Shown here: positions 10,650-25,402 of the stretch, piece by piece
How the letters are laid out: each line of letters opens with the position of its first letter
How positions within the stretch are numbered: the first letter of the stretch is position 1
NCBI RefSeq assembly: GCF_048403405.1
Contig: NZ_CP183135.1
Length of the DNA: 64,000 nucleotides
Reading direction: 5' to 3' (one strand)
From: Escherichia coli
GTDB lineage: Bacteria; Pseudomonadota; Gammaproteobacteria; Enterobacterales; Enterobacteriaceae
Made by a program: the position numbers and the translations under genes
The notes under the pieces: model-generated
Seen by the model: the letters and a program-made list of their open reading frames with translations, nothing else
What the model was told of the DNA's origin: nothing
Database searches by the model: none

Positions 10650-11769
10650 ACGTACCATGCTCTGGCTGCTGGTGTGGCGGGCGCTGCGTCTGCGTTTTCA
10701 GCGGGTCAGCGTGGTGTTTGCCGCGCTGATGGTGGGGGCGACCATCGTGACGGCGCTTTCTGCCGTCTGGTTCGACATTAACACCAAAATGAGCGAAGAA
10801 CTGCGCACCTTCGGCGCGAATTTTTACATCGGGCCGGGGCACGGTTCCAGTATGCCGCAGCAGGAGTTGCAGAGCATTCTCGATCAGGCGCCGCAGGGGC
10901 TGGTGCATGGCGCCAGTCCGTGGTTGTACGGCATGGCGCGTACCGAGCTGGAAAAAGTGGTGATGGTTGGCGTGTGGTTCGAGTCGCTGCAAAAACTGGT
11001 GCCGTACTGGCAGGTCACCGGTAGCTGGATTGGCGTTAGTTTTGACGACCGTAATGCGATGATCGGCGTCAAACTGGCGGAACGCCTCAACGTGCAGCCG
11101 GGCGACAGCATCACGCTGGTGGATCACAATCAGCGTAAGAATTTGCAGATTAAAGGCATTGTGGAGTCTGGCGATGCGACGGACAACATGCTGATCGTCA
11201 GCCTCGACGTGGCGCAGGCCTGGCTGCATCAGCCGGGCAAAATCAGCCACGGCTTGCTGAGCGTCAGTAACGATGTCGGCCAGGTGGAGAACTATGCCAG
11301 CCGGTTGCAGGCGCAGTATCCTGACCTGGAGATTCGTCCGGTGCGTAAGGTCTCTGCTTCCGAAGGGCAGGTGCTGGATAAAATTAAAGGTCTGATGGGA
11401 CTGGTCTCGATCGTGATTCTGGCGCTCTCTTCGCTGTGCGTGAATACCACGCTGATGGCGATTGTCGGCGAGCGGGCGCGCGAGTTTGCGCTGCAAAAAG
11501 CGCTTGGTTCCAGCAACGGCGATATCGTGCGGCAAATTCTGCTGGAAACCAGCATCATCGCGCTGGCGGCGGTGGCGTGCGGCTGGGTGCTGGGATATTT
11601 GCTGGCGCAACTGTTGGGATTAACGGTGTTTAATGCCGCCATTTCACTGCGTCTGCCGGTGTTGCCCATTACTCTGGTGTTGTCTTTACTGGTCGCCATT
11701 CTGGCGGCGATTGTTCCGGTGCGACGCGCGGTAAGCGTCGAGCCTGCTAAAGTGCTGAAAGGAGAGTAG
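10639..11769 (+). CDS. ABC transporter permease, FtsX-like (second copy)
   Basis: Paralogous architecture to the preceding gene; start placed at ATG 10639 (MAAKRTML...) overlapping the upstream stop. Confidence 0.7.
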   Translation: MAAKRTMLWLLVWRALRLRFQRVSVVFAALMVGATIVTALSAVWFDINTKMSEELRTFGANFYIGPGHGSSMPQQELQSILDQAPQGLVHGASPWLYGMARTELEKVVMVGVWFESLQKLVPYWQVTGSWIGVSFDDRNAMIGVKLAERLNVQPGDSITLVDHNQRKNLQIKGIVESGDATDNMLIVSLDVAQAWLHQPGKISHGLLSVSNDVGQVENYASRLQAQYPDLEIRPVRKVSASEGQVLDKIKGLMGLVSIVILALSSLCVNTTLMAIVGERAREFALQKALGSSNGDIVRQILLETSIIALAAVACGWVLGYLLAQLLGLTVFNAAISLRLPVLPITLVLSLLVAILAAIVPVRRAVSVEPAKVLKGE

Positions 11770-11773
11770 CGCC

Positions 11774-12469
11774 ATGTCCGTTACGCATATCCCTCAGGTG
11801 GCGATCGAAACCCGCCACTTATACAAACGGTTCGGTGACGTTACCGCCCTGGATGACATTAATCTGCGCATTGCGCAGGGTGAATTTGTCGCCATTATGG
11901 GCGCTTCTGGTTCTGGTAAAACCACGCTGATGAATATTCTGACGTGCCTTGATACGGCGACGGAAGGGCAGGTGTTTCTTGATGGCACCGATGCCGCCGC
12001 GCTGGATGAAGAGGGGCGCCGTCGCTTTCGCGCCGAGAAAATCGGCCTGGTATTTCAGCAGTTCCATTTGATCCCGTTCTTAACTGCGCTGGAAAACATC
12101 ATGCTCGCCCAGCATTACCACAGCGTGGTGGATGAAGCGGCGGCGAGGAAGGTGCTGGAACAGGTAGGGCTTGGGCATCGTGTGACGCACCTGCCGAGCC
12201 AGCTTTCCGGTGGTGAGCAGCAGCGTGTGTGTATCGCCCGGGCGCTGGTCAACGAACCGCCGGTTATTTTCGCGGATGAACCGACGGGCAACCTGGATGA
12301 AGAGAATGAGCAGCGGGTGCTGGATCTGCTCACCGATCTGCATCGTCAGGGGCGCACGATTGTGATGGTGACGCACAACCCTGCGCTTGGGCAGTTTGCC
12401 GACCGTATTCTGCGGCTGCAACACGGTAAATATCTGGGTGAGGAGGCCAATCAACATGCGCTGGCATAA
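11774..12469 (+). CDS. ABC transporter ATP-binding protein
   Basis: Walker [10 protein letters not shown], signature LSGGEQQR, Walker [12 protein letters not shown]. Confidence 0.85.
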   Translation: MSVTHIPQVAIETRHLYKRFGDVTALDDINLRIAQGEFVAIMGASGSGKTTLMNILTCLDTATEGQVFLDGTDAAALDEEGRRRFRAEKIGLVFQQFHLIPFLTALENIMLAQHYHSVVDEAAARKVLEQVGLGHRVTHLPSQLSGGEQQRVCIARALVNEPPVIFADEPTGNLDEENEQRVLDLLTDLHRQGRTIVMVTHNPALGQFADRILRLQHGKYLGEEANQHALA

Positions 12470-12941
12470 TGTGCTGTTACTCGCGGCGGCGATCCTGATA
12501 AGCGGGTGTAAAGAAGAAAAGCTGGCGGTCGGGGCACCGGCCCCGGCGCTGGCGGCGTTTGATCTGCAAGGCCAGGAGTCAGGCCTTGAACGCTGGCAAG
12601 GAAAGGCGGTGTACCTGAATTTTTGGTCTGCGGGATGCGGGGGGTGCCTAGCGGAAATGGACACGCTGGAAGCGCTGAGCAAAAAATGGGGCGATAAAGT
12701 GGTGGTTGTGGCGGTCAATACCGACCCTGAAACGGTCAGGATCAACGATCTGCTGGCAAAACATCAGATAACCTATCCGGTGGTGCGCGATCAGCTCAAC
12801 ATTACCCAGGAACGTTATCAGGTGATCGGCACGCCGACCTCCGTACTGATTGACTCCGAAGGACGCGTTCTGGAGCTACACCAGGGTATGCGTAAGCCGT
12901 CTGAGTTAGAGGCCACGTTTGCGCGCCTGGCGGCGCGATGA
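12456..12941 (+). CDS. TlpA-like thioredoxin-fold lipoprotein
   Basis: Lipobox LISGC after start [22 protein letters not shown] motif. Confidence 0.65.
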   Translation: MRWHNVLLLAAAILISGCKEEKLAVGAPAPALAAFDLQGQESGLERWQGKAVYLNFWSAGCGGCLAEMDTLEALSKKWGDKVVVVAVNTDPETVRINDLLAKHQITYPVVRDQLNITQERYQVIGTPTSVLIDSEGRVLELHQGMRKPSELEATFARLAAR

Positions 12942-12965
12942 ACGACGCGTACGGAGAGATACCCA

Positions 12966-13451
12966 ATGGCATTTATCTGGAACGACGAAAGCCTTGCGAT
13001 TCTGCGGGAAAACGCGGGCATCCTCACGACAGAGCAGATAGCGCAACTGCTTCACACTAATATTACCGCCGTGCGGAATATGGCCTATCGGCTGAAACTG
13101 AGCCTTCGGGTGACGGCGTATAATCACCGACGCATAGCGCAGGTTCAGGCGCTTTATGCCTCTGAGACGTTGAGTCTCAAAGAGATCGCGGCGAAAACGG
13201 GGCTGACGGCCAGTACCGTGCAATATATCGTGTACGTGAAATCAAAAAATAAGCCCTACGCCACCACGGAATATGTCTCTTTTGAAACGGAGAACGCCGT
13301 TCATTACCGCGTGCAAAAAGAATTTGTCGATACGGAACGTTCCCTGCTGGACAACATCTCTGATAACACGCGATTTCGTGAACTGTATCTGACGGACGGC
13401 ACTTTTTATTGCGCCCGCAATATTAAGTATGAGGTTTTTATCTCGGAGTAA
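12966..13451 (+). CDS. hypothetical protein with possible helix-turn-helix segments
   Basis: 161-aa ORF, no family recognised; coding-like composition. Confidence 0.4.
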   Translation: MAFIWNDESLAILRENAGILTTEQIAQLLHTNITAVRNMAYRLKLSLRVTAYNHRRIAQVQALYASETLSLKEIAAKTGLTASTVQYIVYVKSKNKPYATTEYVSFETENAVHYRVQKEFVDTERSLLDNISDNTRFRELYLTDGTFYCARNIKYEVFISE

Positions 13452-13572
13452 CCGGAACACGCTGACCTGCCGGTTATCTTCTGGAATCTCCCGTTTTGCG
13501 AAACCGTTCCCGGAAAAATGTCATATTTCTGTCACACTCTATGAGGATTGATAACAACAAGAGGTTGTAGGG

Positions 13573-14316
13573 ATGAAAAAATTGATACTCGCCGCCGCTG
13601 TGGCAGGGGCTGTTTTATTGTCGTCCGCCGCGCAAGCGCAGACAACGCCGGAAGGTTATCAACTGCAACAAGTGTTGATGATGAGCCGACACAACTTGCG
13701 CGCGCCGTTGGCCAATAATGGCAGCGTGCTGGAGCAGTCCACGCCGAATCAGTGGCCGGAGTGGGATGTGCCCGGCGGGCAGCTCACCACGAAAGGCGGT
13801 GTGCTGGAAATTTATATGGGCCACTACATGCGAGAATGGCTGGCGGAGCTGGGGATGGTCACGTCAGGCGAATGCCCGACGCCGGACACGGTATATACCT
13901 ATGCCAACAGTCTGCAACGCACCGTTGCGACGGCACAATTCTTTATCACCGGCGCTTTCCCTGGGTGCGACATTCCGGTACATCATCAGGAAAAAATGGG
14001 CACGATGGACCCAACGTTTAATCCGGTGATCACCGATGACTCTGCGGCGTTTAGCCAGAAAGCGGTGCAGGCGATGGAAAAAGAGCGCAGCCAGATGCAG
14101 CTTGACGACAGCTATCAGCTGCTGGCGCAGATGACGGACTACAAAGATTCACCGTCCTGCAAAGAAAAACAGCAGTGTTCGCTGACCGAAGCCAAAGACG
14201 CCTTTAGGGAAGGTGCGAATAAGCAGGTCATGTCTTCCCAAGCTGACTCGTTGATTAAAATTTCGCGGATCTGGGCCGATTTTTGTCCCGCAAACACATC
14301 GAATCAGCCTATTTAG
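13573..14316 (+). pseudogene. agp: glucose-1-phosphatase (histidine acid phosphatase), 5' portion only
   Basis: Signal peptide plus RHNLRAP active-site motif and close resemblance to E. coli Agp through ...[13 protein letters not shown]; 247 aa instead of ~413. Confidence 0.7.
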
Positions 14317-14357
14317 GCTATTTTTTCCACCATTTCTGGTGTTATTTCCGGTTTTTA

Positions 14358-15808
<1,451 letters not shown>

Positions 15809-15819
15809 ATTATCCCACG

Positions 15820-18228
15820 CTAAGACTGTTTTTTGTACAATATGGTGTCGACTGTGCGTAATGAGCGGTATTTTCCGGATCCCAGCTTAAGATTATTACG
15901 CCAGACGTAATCTCCACTCAGATTGATATGTTCCCAGCCCAGGGGAGAAAGATGAGATACCAGTTGCTCATTTATCGGGATACCTTTTCGTTTTAGTGAC
16001 TCAATAGCTCTTTCTATATATACCGTGTTCCACAACGTGATCGCCGCTGTCAGTAACGTCAGCCCGCTGGCGCGGTAACTCTGATTCTCCAGCCCACGAT
16101 CCCTTATTTCACCCAGACGGTGCATAAAGACCGCTCGCGCAAGGGCATTACGGGCCTCACCCTTATTCAGCCCCGCCTGTACGCGTCGGCGCAGACCGGG
16201 ATCACGGAACCAGTCCAGCATAAATAGTGTCCGCTCAATGCGGCCAATCTCTCTCAGCGCTTTGGCAAGTCCATTCTGTTTTGGGTAACTGGCTAACTTT
16301 TTCATCATCAGCGATGCGGTGACTGTCCCCTGCTTAATCGAGGTTGCCAGGCGCAATACCTCATCCCAGTGTGCCTCAATGTCTTTGATATTCAGGCTGG
16401 TTGTTGATATGACGGACTGAAGCCCCGGATAGCGTTCGGCCTTTCCATGAATAAACAGCCGCTTGTCATGAAGATCCCGGATCCTCGGCGCAAAAGCGAA
16501 TCCCAGCAGGTGCATCAGGGCGAAAACATGTTCAGTGAAGCCTGCGGTATCGGTGTAATGCTCGGTAATTTCCAGATCGCTTTCATGGTACAGCAGGCCA
16601 TCAAGCACGTGGGTTGAGTCGCGCACCCGGCTGATCACTTTGGCATAGAACGGGCTGTATTGGTCTGAGATATGCGTATAAATCTGCACGCCCGGCTCCT
16701 GACCATATTTAAGATTGACCTGACCGGCATAACGTCCGTGACTGCCTACCCGAAAGTTCTGCCCGTCTGACGATGATGTTGTCCCGTCGCCCCAGAATGC
16801 GGCCAGAGGCCGCGCTTTCTGAGCGTTGACCAGCTCGGCCAGTGCCGCTGAATAAGTTTCATCTCTGATGTACCATGCCTGAATACCTTCGAGTGACGAT
16901 TTTGTTGCCCCCGGGCAGGACTCCGCCATTTTTGTCAGCCCCAGATTGATGCCGTCGGCCAGAATGGTGGTCAGCAACAGTCTTCCGTCTTTTGGTCTGA
17001 CGTTATTATTTTTGAGGTGCGCGAAGTGACGCGTAAACCCCGTCCAGCTGTCCACTTCTTCCAGTATCTCTGTAATTTTCGGATGAGGAAGCATGCCATA
17101 AACCAAATCGGCAAAGGGCGAAACACCCGAAGGGACGCTGTTCTCCAGCGGAGTGATTTTTACTCCTTTATCTGAAATATCAACATCGGGCAAATCACCG
17201 GCAAGCGCCATCGCGTTAACTTCTTCCAGACGCGATGCAAGAAGCGTCATACGGGCCTGAAGATATGCCTGGCAATCGGTCTGAACGGCCAACTGTAACT
17301 GGTCATTGTGGCGGGATTTCTCAAACTCAGCAGTCGGGATGAGATAATCATCAAAATTTCTGTAGCGGCGCGATCCTTTTACCCAGATATCACCGGAACG
17401 TAGCGCCCCCTTGAGTTCATTCATTACGCAAAACTCGTAGTACTTGCGGTCGATTCCTGAAGGCGTGAGTACCAGTTTTCGCCAGCTTTCAGGGATAAAT
17501 CCTGTTGGCGCCGATAGCGGCACTTTACGAAGTTGTTTACGGTACATTTCCCTGATGGTGTCCAGCGCATCGCTGAGCGTCTGCGCCGCAGGTGTCGCCA
17601 TGAACTGCAATGCTGACAGCATACGCGGGGCGTATTTACGCAGCGTACTGTATTTTTCGGTGATCAGGTGAAGCGGGTCGAAATTGCCCTTACGGGACAG
17701 AAACCGTGTTTCTTCCAGGCTGTTGATGAACTCCTGCCAGGGAAGGACATCTTCTATCGCTGCCCAGGGATCTTCACCGGATTCTCTGGCATGCAGTAGT
17801 GCCTGACCGACAGTAAAATATTGCTTCAACTTGCTCTGGATGAGTTTCCCCGTCAGCTGAAGCCTCTCGGCTTGTGTGCGTTTTGCCTGGCTGAACAGAG
17901 TGCCCAGAATACGTTCGTGCAGTTCGATAACCTCATCAGTCAGTGTGGCCCGCGCTTCCTGAATGACACAAACCAGCGTAGCGTAACGTCTGACATCGGT
18001 GAATTTAGCCAGATCTCTGCTGCTCATTTTCCGGCCCTCACGCGCCAGTTTAAGCAACCTGTTCTGGTGAACGGAAAGTGCAATACCATCAGGCAACCCC
18101 AGCGCAGCGATGGAATTAAGCCGGTCGATATGTTGCAGCACATTTTTACCGTTTATTTTACCCGGAGGCTGTAGCAGCCATGCCAGACGGGAAGGTTGTT
18201 CACCCTCTGATATGAGCAGGCTGTCGAG
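15820..18228 (-). pseudogene. tnpA: Tn3-family (Tn21-subgroup) transposase TnpA, N-terminal ~190 codons removed by IS26
   Basis: The 999-aa track ORF is TnpA-like only downstream of the IS26 boundary; its first ~190 aa are antisense read-through of IS26. Confidence 0.85.
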
Positions 18229-19048
18229 GGCACTGTTGCAAATAGTCGGTGGTGATAAACTTATCATCCCCTTTTGCTGATGGAGCTGCACATGAACCCA
18301 TTCAAAGGCCGGCATTTTCAGCGTGACATCATTCTGTGGGCCGTACGCTGGTACTGCAAATACGGCATCAGTTACCGTGAGCTGCAGGAGATGCTGGCTG
18401 AACGCGGAGTGAATGTCGATCACTCCACGATTTACCGCTGGGTTCAGCGTTATGCGCCTGAAATGGAAAAACGGCTGCGCTGGTACTGGCGTAACCCTTC
18501 CGATCTTTGCCCGTGGCACATGGATGAAACCTACGTGAAGGTCAATGGCCGCTGGGCGTATCTGTACCGGGCCGTCGACAGCCGGGGCCGCACTGTCGAT
18601 TTTTATCTCTCCTCCCGTCGTAACAGCAAAGCTGCATACCGGTTTCTGGGTAAAATCCTCAACAACGTGAAGAAGTGGCAGATCCCGCGATTCATCAACA
18701 CGGATAAAGCGCCCGCCTATGGTCGCGCGCTTGCTCTGCTCAAACGCGAAGGCCGGTGCCCGTCTGACGTTGAACACCGACAGATTAAGTACCGGAACAA
18801 CGTGATTGAATGCGATCATGGCAAACTGAAACGGATAATCGGCGCCACGCTGGGATTTAAATCCATGAAGACGGCTTACGCCACCATCAAAGGTATTGAG
18901 GTGATGCGTGCACTACGCAAAGGCCAGGCCTCAGCATTTTATTATGGTGATCCCCTGGGCGAAATGCGCCTGGTAAGCAGAGTTTTTGAAATGTAAGGCC
19001 TTTGAATAAGACAAAAGGCTGCCTCATCGCTAACTTTGCAACAGTGCC
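18229..19048 (+). mobile_element. IS26 copy 1 (820 bp)
   Basis: 14-bp IRs GGCACTGTTGCAAA at 18229 and ...TTTGCAACAGTGCC at 19048. Confidence 0.95.
18292..18996 (+). CDS. tnpA: IS26 transposase Tnp26
   Basis: [57 protein letters not shown]... Confidence 0.9.
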   Translation: MNPFKGRHFQRDIILWAVRWYCKYGISYRELQEMLAERGVNVDHSTIYRWVQRYAPEMEKRLRWYWRNPSDLCPWHMDETYVKVNGRWAYLYRAVDSRGRTVDFYLSSRRNSKAAYRFLGKILNNVKKWQIPRFINTDKAPAYGRALALLKREGRCPSDVEHRQIKYRNNVIECDHGKLKRIIGATLGFKSMKTAYATIKGIEVMRALRKGQASAFYYGDPLGEMRLVSRVFEM

Positions 19049-19094
19049 TTTAAGCGTGCATAATAAGCCCTACACAAATTGGGAGTTAGACATC

Positions 19095-19694
19095 ATGAGC
19101 AACGCAAAAACAAAGTTAGGCATCACAAAGTACAGCATCGTGACCAACAGCAACGATTCCGTCACACTGCGCCTCATGACTGAGCATGACCTTGCGATGC
19201 TCTATGAGTGGCTAAATCGATCTCATATCGTCGAGTGGTGGGGCGGAGAAGAAGCACGCCCGACACTTGCTGACGTACAGGAACAGTACTTGCCAAGCGT
19301 TTTAGCGCAAGAGTCCGTCACTCCATACATTGCAATGCTGAATGGAGAGCCGATTGGGTATGCCCAGTCGTACGTTGCTCTTGGAAGCGGGGACGGACGG
19401 TGGGAAGAAGAAACCGATCCAGGAGTACGCGGAATAGACCAGTTACTGGCGAATGCATCACAACTGGGCAAAGGCTTGGGAACCAAGCTGGTTCGAGCTC
19501 TGGTTGAGTTGCTGTTCAATGATCCCGAGGTCACCAAGATCCAAACGGACCCGTCGCCGAGCAACTTGCGAGCGATCCGATGCTACGAGAAAGCGGGGTT
19601 TGAGAGGCAAGGTACCGTAACCACCCCATATGGTCCAGCCGTGTACATGGTTCAAACACGCCAGGCATTCGAGCGAACACGCAGTGATGCCTAA
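19095..19694 (+). CDS. aac(6')-Ib-cr: aminoglycoside/fluoroquinolone acetyltransferase AAC(6')-Ib-cr
   Basis: [16 protein letters not shown]...; both cr substitutions visible (GDGRWEEE = Trp to Arg, TTPYGPAVY = Asp to Tyr). Confidence 0.9.
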   Translation: MSNAKTKLGITKYSIVTNSNDSVTLRLMTEHDLAMLYEWLNRSHIVEWWGGEEARPTLADVQEQYLPSVLAQESVTPYIAMLNGEPIGYAQSYVALGSGDGRWEEETDPGVRGIDQLLANASQLGKGLGTKLVRALVELLFNDPEVTKIQTDPSPSNLRAIRCYEKAGFERQGTVTTPYGPAVYMVQTRQAFERTRSDA

Positions 19695-19790
19695 CCCTTC
19701 CATCGAGGGGGACGTCCAAGGGCTGGCGCCCTTGGCCGCCCCTCATGTCAAACGTTGGGCGAACCCGGAGCCTCATTAATTGTTAGCCGT
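19695..19790 (+). other. attC recombination site of the aac(6')-Ib cassette (approximate)
   Basis: Imperfect inverted repeat ...GGGCTGGCGCCCTTGGCCGCCCC... between cassette genes, ending near GTTAGCC. Confidence 0.45.
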
Positions 19791-19824
19791 TAAAATTAAG
19801 CCCTTTACCAAACCAATACTTATT

Positions 19825-20655
19825 ATGAAAAACACAATACATATCAACTTCGCTATTTTTTTAATAATTGCAAATATTATCTACAGCAGCGCCAGTGCAT
19901 CAACAGATATCTCTACTGTTGCATCTCCATTATTTGAAGGAACTGAAGGTTGTTTTTTACTTTACGATGCATCCACAAACGCTGAAATTGCTCAATTCAA
20001 TAAAGCAAAGTGTGCAACGCAAATGGCACCAGATTCAACTTTCAAGATCGCATTATCACTTATGGCATTTGATGCGGAAATAATAGATCAGAAAACCATA
20101 TTCAAATGGGATAAAACCCCCAAAGGAATGGAGATCTGGAACAGCAATCATACACCAAAGACGTGGATGCAATTTTCTGTTGTTTGGGTTTCGCAAGAAA
20201 TAACCCAAAAAATTGGATTAAATAAAATCAAGAATTATCTCAAAGATTTTGATTATGGAAATCAAGACTTCTCTGGAGATAAAGAAAGAAACAACGGATT
20301 AACAGAAGCATGGCTCGAAAGTAGCTTAAAAATTTCACCAGAAGAACAAATTCAATTCCTGCGTAAAATTATTAATCACAATCTCCCAGTTAAAAACTCA
20401 GCCATAGAAAACACCATAGAGAACATGTATCTACAAGATCTGGATAATAGTACAAAACTGTATGGGAAAACTGGTGCAGGATTCACAGCAAATAGAACCT
20501 TACAAAACGGATGGTTTGAAGGGTTTATTATAAGCAAATCAGGACATAAATATGTTTTTGTGTCCGCACTTACAGGAAACTTGGGGTCGAATTTAACATC
20601 AAGCATAAAAGCCAAGAAAAATGCGATCACCATTCTAAACACACTAAATTTATAA
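19825..20655 (+). CDS. blaOXA-1: class D beta-lactamase OXA-1
   Basis: MKNTIHINFAIFLIIANIIYSSASASTDISTVASPLFEGTEGCFLLYD... 276 aa. Confidence 0.9.
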   Translation: MKNTIHINFAIFLIIANIIYSSASASTDISTVASPLFEGTEGCFLLYDASTNAEIAQFNKAKCATQMAPDSTFKIALSLMAFDAEIIDQKTIFKWDKTPKGMEIWNSNHTPKTWMQFSVVWVSQEITQKIGLNKIKNYLKDFDYGNQDFSGDKERNNGLTEAWLESSLKISPEEQIQFLRKIINHNLPVKNSAIENTIENMYLQDLDNSTKLYGKTGAGFTANRTLQNGWFEGFIISKSGHKYVFVSALTGNLGSNLTSSIKAKKNAITILNTLNL

Positions 20656-20792
20656 AAAATCTAATGGCAAAATCGCCCAACCCTTCAATCAAGTCGGGAC
20701 GGCCAAAAGCAAGCTTTTGGCTCCCCTCGCTGGCGCTCGGCGCCCCTTATTTCAAACGTTAGACGGCAAAGTCACAGACCGCGGGATCTCTT

Positions 20793-21233
20793 ATGACCAA
20801 CTACTTTGATAGCCCCTTCAAAGGCAAGCTGCTTTCTGAGCAAGTGAAGAACCCCAATATCAAAGTTGGGCGGTACAGCTATTACTCTGGCTACTATCAT
20901 GGGCACTCATTCGATGACTGCGCACGGTATCTGTTTCCGGACCGTGATGACGTTGATAAGTTGATCATCGGTAGTTTCTGCTCTATCGGGAGTGGGGCTT
21001 CCTTTATCATGGCTGGCAATCAGGGGCATCGGTACGACTGGGCATCATCTTTCCCGTTCTTTTATATGCAGGAAGAACCTGCATTCTCAAGCGCACTCGA
21101 TGCCTTCCAAAAAGCAGGTAATACTGTCATTGGCAATGACGTTTGGATCGGCTCTGAGGCAATGGTCATGCCCGGAATCAAGATCGGGCACGGTGCGGTG
21201 ATAGGCAGCCGCTCGTTGGTGACAAAAGATGTG
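20793..21233 (+). pseudogene. catB3: chloramphenicol acetyltransferase CatB3, 3' end removed by IS26
   Basis: [38 protein letters not shown]... hexapeptide-repeat CAT; homology stops at the IS26 IR at 21234. Confidence 0.85.
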
Positions 21234-22053
21234 GGCACTGTTGCAAAGTTAGCGATGAGGCAGCCTTTTGTCTTATTCAAAGGCCTTACATTTCAAAAAC
21301 TCTGCTTACCAGGCGCATTTCGCCCAGGGGATCACCATAATAAAATGCTGAGGCCTGGCCTTTGCGTAGTGCACGCATCACCTCAATACCTTTGATGGTG
21401 GCGTAAGCCGTCTTCATGGATTTAAATCCCAGCGTGGCGCCGATTATCCGTTTCAGTTTGCCATGATCGCATTCAATCACGTTGTTCCGGTACTTAATCT
21501 GTCGGTGTTCAACGTCAGACGGGCACCGGCCTTCGCGTTTGAGCAGAGCAAGCGCGCGACCATAGGCGGGCGCTTTATCCGTGTTGATGAATCGCGGGAT
21601 CTGCCACTTCTTCACGTTGTTGAGGATTTTACCCAGAAACCGGTATGCAGCTTTGCTGTTACGACGGGAGGAGAGATAAAAATCGACAGTGCGGCCCCGG
21701 CTGTCGACGGCCCGGTACAGATACGCCCAGCGGCCATTGACCTTCACGTAGGTTTCATCCATGTGCCACGGGCAAAGATCGGAAGGGTTACGCCAGTACC
21801 AGCGCAGCCGTTTTTCCATTTCAGGCGCATAACGCTGAACCCAGCGGTAAATCGTGGAGTGATCGACATTCACTCCGCGTTCAGCCAGCATCTCCTGCAG
21901 CTCACGGTAACTGATGCCGTATTTGCAGTACCAGCGTACGGCCCACAGAATGATGTCACGCTGAAAATGCCGGCCTTTGAATGGGTTCATGTGCAGCTCC
22001 ATCAGCAAAAGGGGATGATAAGTTTATCACCACCGACTATTTGCAACAGTGCC
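21234..22053 (-). mobile_element. IS26 copy 2 (820 bp), inverted relative to copy 1
   Basis: IRs at 21234 (GGCACTGTTGCAAAGTTAGCG...) and 22053; identical Tnp26 ORF on minus strand. Confidence 0.95.
21286..21990 (-). CDS. tnpA: IS26 transposase Tnp26
   Basis: Same 234-aa protein as copy 1. Confidence 0.9.
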   Translation of the reverse strand: MNPFKGRHFQRDIILWAVRWYCKYGISYRELQEMLAERGVNVDHSTIYRWVQRYAPEMEKRLRWYWRNPSDLCPWHMDETYVKVNGRWAYLYRAVDSRGRTVDFYLSSRRNSKAAYRFLGKILNNVKKWQIPRFINTDKAPAYGRALALLKREGRCPSDVEHRQIKYRNNVIECDHGKLKRIIGATLGFKSMKTAYATIKGIEVMRALRKGQASAFYYGDPLGEMRLVSRVFEM

Positions 22054-22389
22054 CCATCAGGGACAAAGATCTGGCTGGTCGCTGGCATCACCGATATGAG
22101 AAACGGCTTCAACGGCCTGGCGGCAAAGGTGCAGACGACGCTGAAAGACGATCCGATGTCAGGTCACGTTTTTATCTTCCGTGGGCGTAATGGCAGTCAG
22201 GTAAAGCTCCTCTGGTCTACCGGCGATGGACTGTGTCTGCTGACCAAACGGCTGGAGCGCGGCCGCTTCGCCTGGCCGTCAGCCCGGGATGGCAAAGTGT
22301 TCCTCACACCGGCACAGCTGGCGATGCTCCTTGAAGGTATCGACTGGCGGCAGCCTAAAAGACTGCTTACGTCCCTGACTATGTTGTAA
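22054..22389 (+). pseudogene. tnpB: IS66-family TnpB (Orf2), first codons removed by IS26
   Basis: ...WLVAGITDMRNGFNGLAAKVQTTLKDDPMSGHVFIFRGRNGSQVKLLWSTGDGLCLLTKRLERGRF... Confidence 0.8.
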
Positions 22390-23271
22390 GCCTCTTTATC
22401 CTGGTCGACGCTGAATGAGCCTGGTAATATACCCGGTATGAGCAGCTCACTTCCTGACGATATCAATGCACTGAAACGTCTCCTTGCCGAACAGGAGGCG
22501 CTGAACCGTGCCCTGCTGGAAAAGCTGAACGAGCGTGAACGCGAAATAGACCATCTGCAGGCGCAGCTGGATAAACTCCGCCGGATGAACTTCGGCAGTC
22601 GTTCCGAAAAAGTCTCCCGCCGTATCGCACAAATGGAAGCCGATCTGAACCGGCTTCAGAAAGAGAGCGATAGAGAGCGATACGCTGACTGGTAGGGTGT
22701 ATGACCCGGCAGTACAGCGTCCGTTGCGTCAGACCCGCACCCGTAAGCCGTTCCCTGAATCACTACCCCGTGACGAAAAGCGGCTGTTGCCTGCGGCGCC
22801 GTGCTGCCCGAACTGCGGCGGTTCACTGAGCTATCTGGGCGAGGATACCGCCGAACAGCTGGAGTTGATGCGTAGCGCCTTCCGGGTTATCCGGACGGTA
22901 CGGGAAAAACATGCCTGTACTCAGTGCGATGCCATCGTGCAGGCACCTGCACCTTCGCGGCCCATCGAGCGGGGTATCGCCGGACCGGGGCTGCTGGCCC
23001 GCGTGCTGACCTCGAAGTATGCAGAGCACACCCCGCTGTATCGCCAGTCAGAAATATACGGCCGGCAAGGTGTGGAGCTGAGCCGTTCACTGCTGTCGGG
23101 CTGGGTGGATGCATGCTGCCGGCTGCTGTCTCCGCTGGAAGAGGCGCTTCATGGCTATGTGCTGACTGACGGTAAGCTCCATGCTGATGACACGCCTGTC
23201 CCGGTGCTGTTGCCAGGCAATAAGAAAACGAAGACCGGGCGGTTATGGACCTACGTTCGTGACGACCGTAA

Positions 23272-25402
<2,131 letters not shown>

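Noticed and set aside
15820-18819. A 999-aa minus-strand ORF looking like a full-length Tn3-family transposase
   Set aside because: Its first ~190 residues are antisense translation of IS26 (18229-19048); the real tnpA is truncated at the IS26 boundary.
21463-22389. A 308-aa plus-strand ORF spanning IS26 copy 2 into the IS66 tnpB
   Set aside because: The N-terminal part is antisense read-through of IS26; only the segment after 22054 is genuine TnpB sequence.
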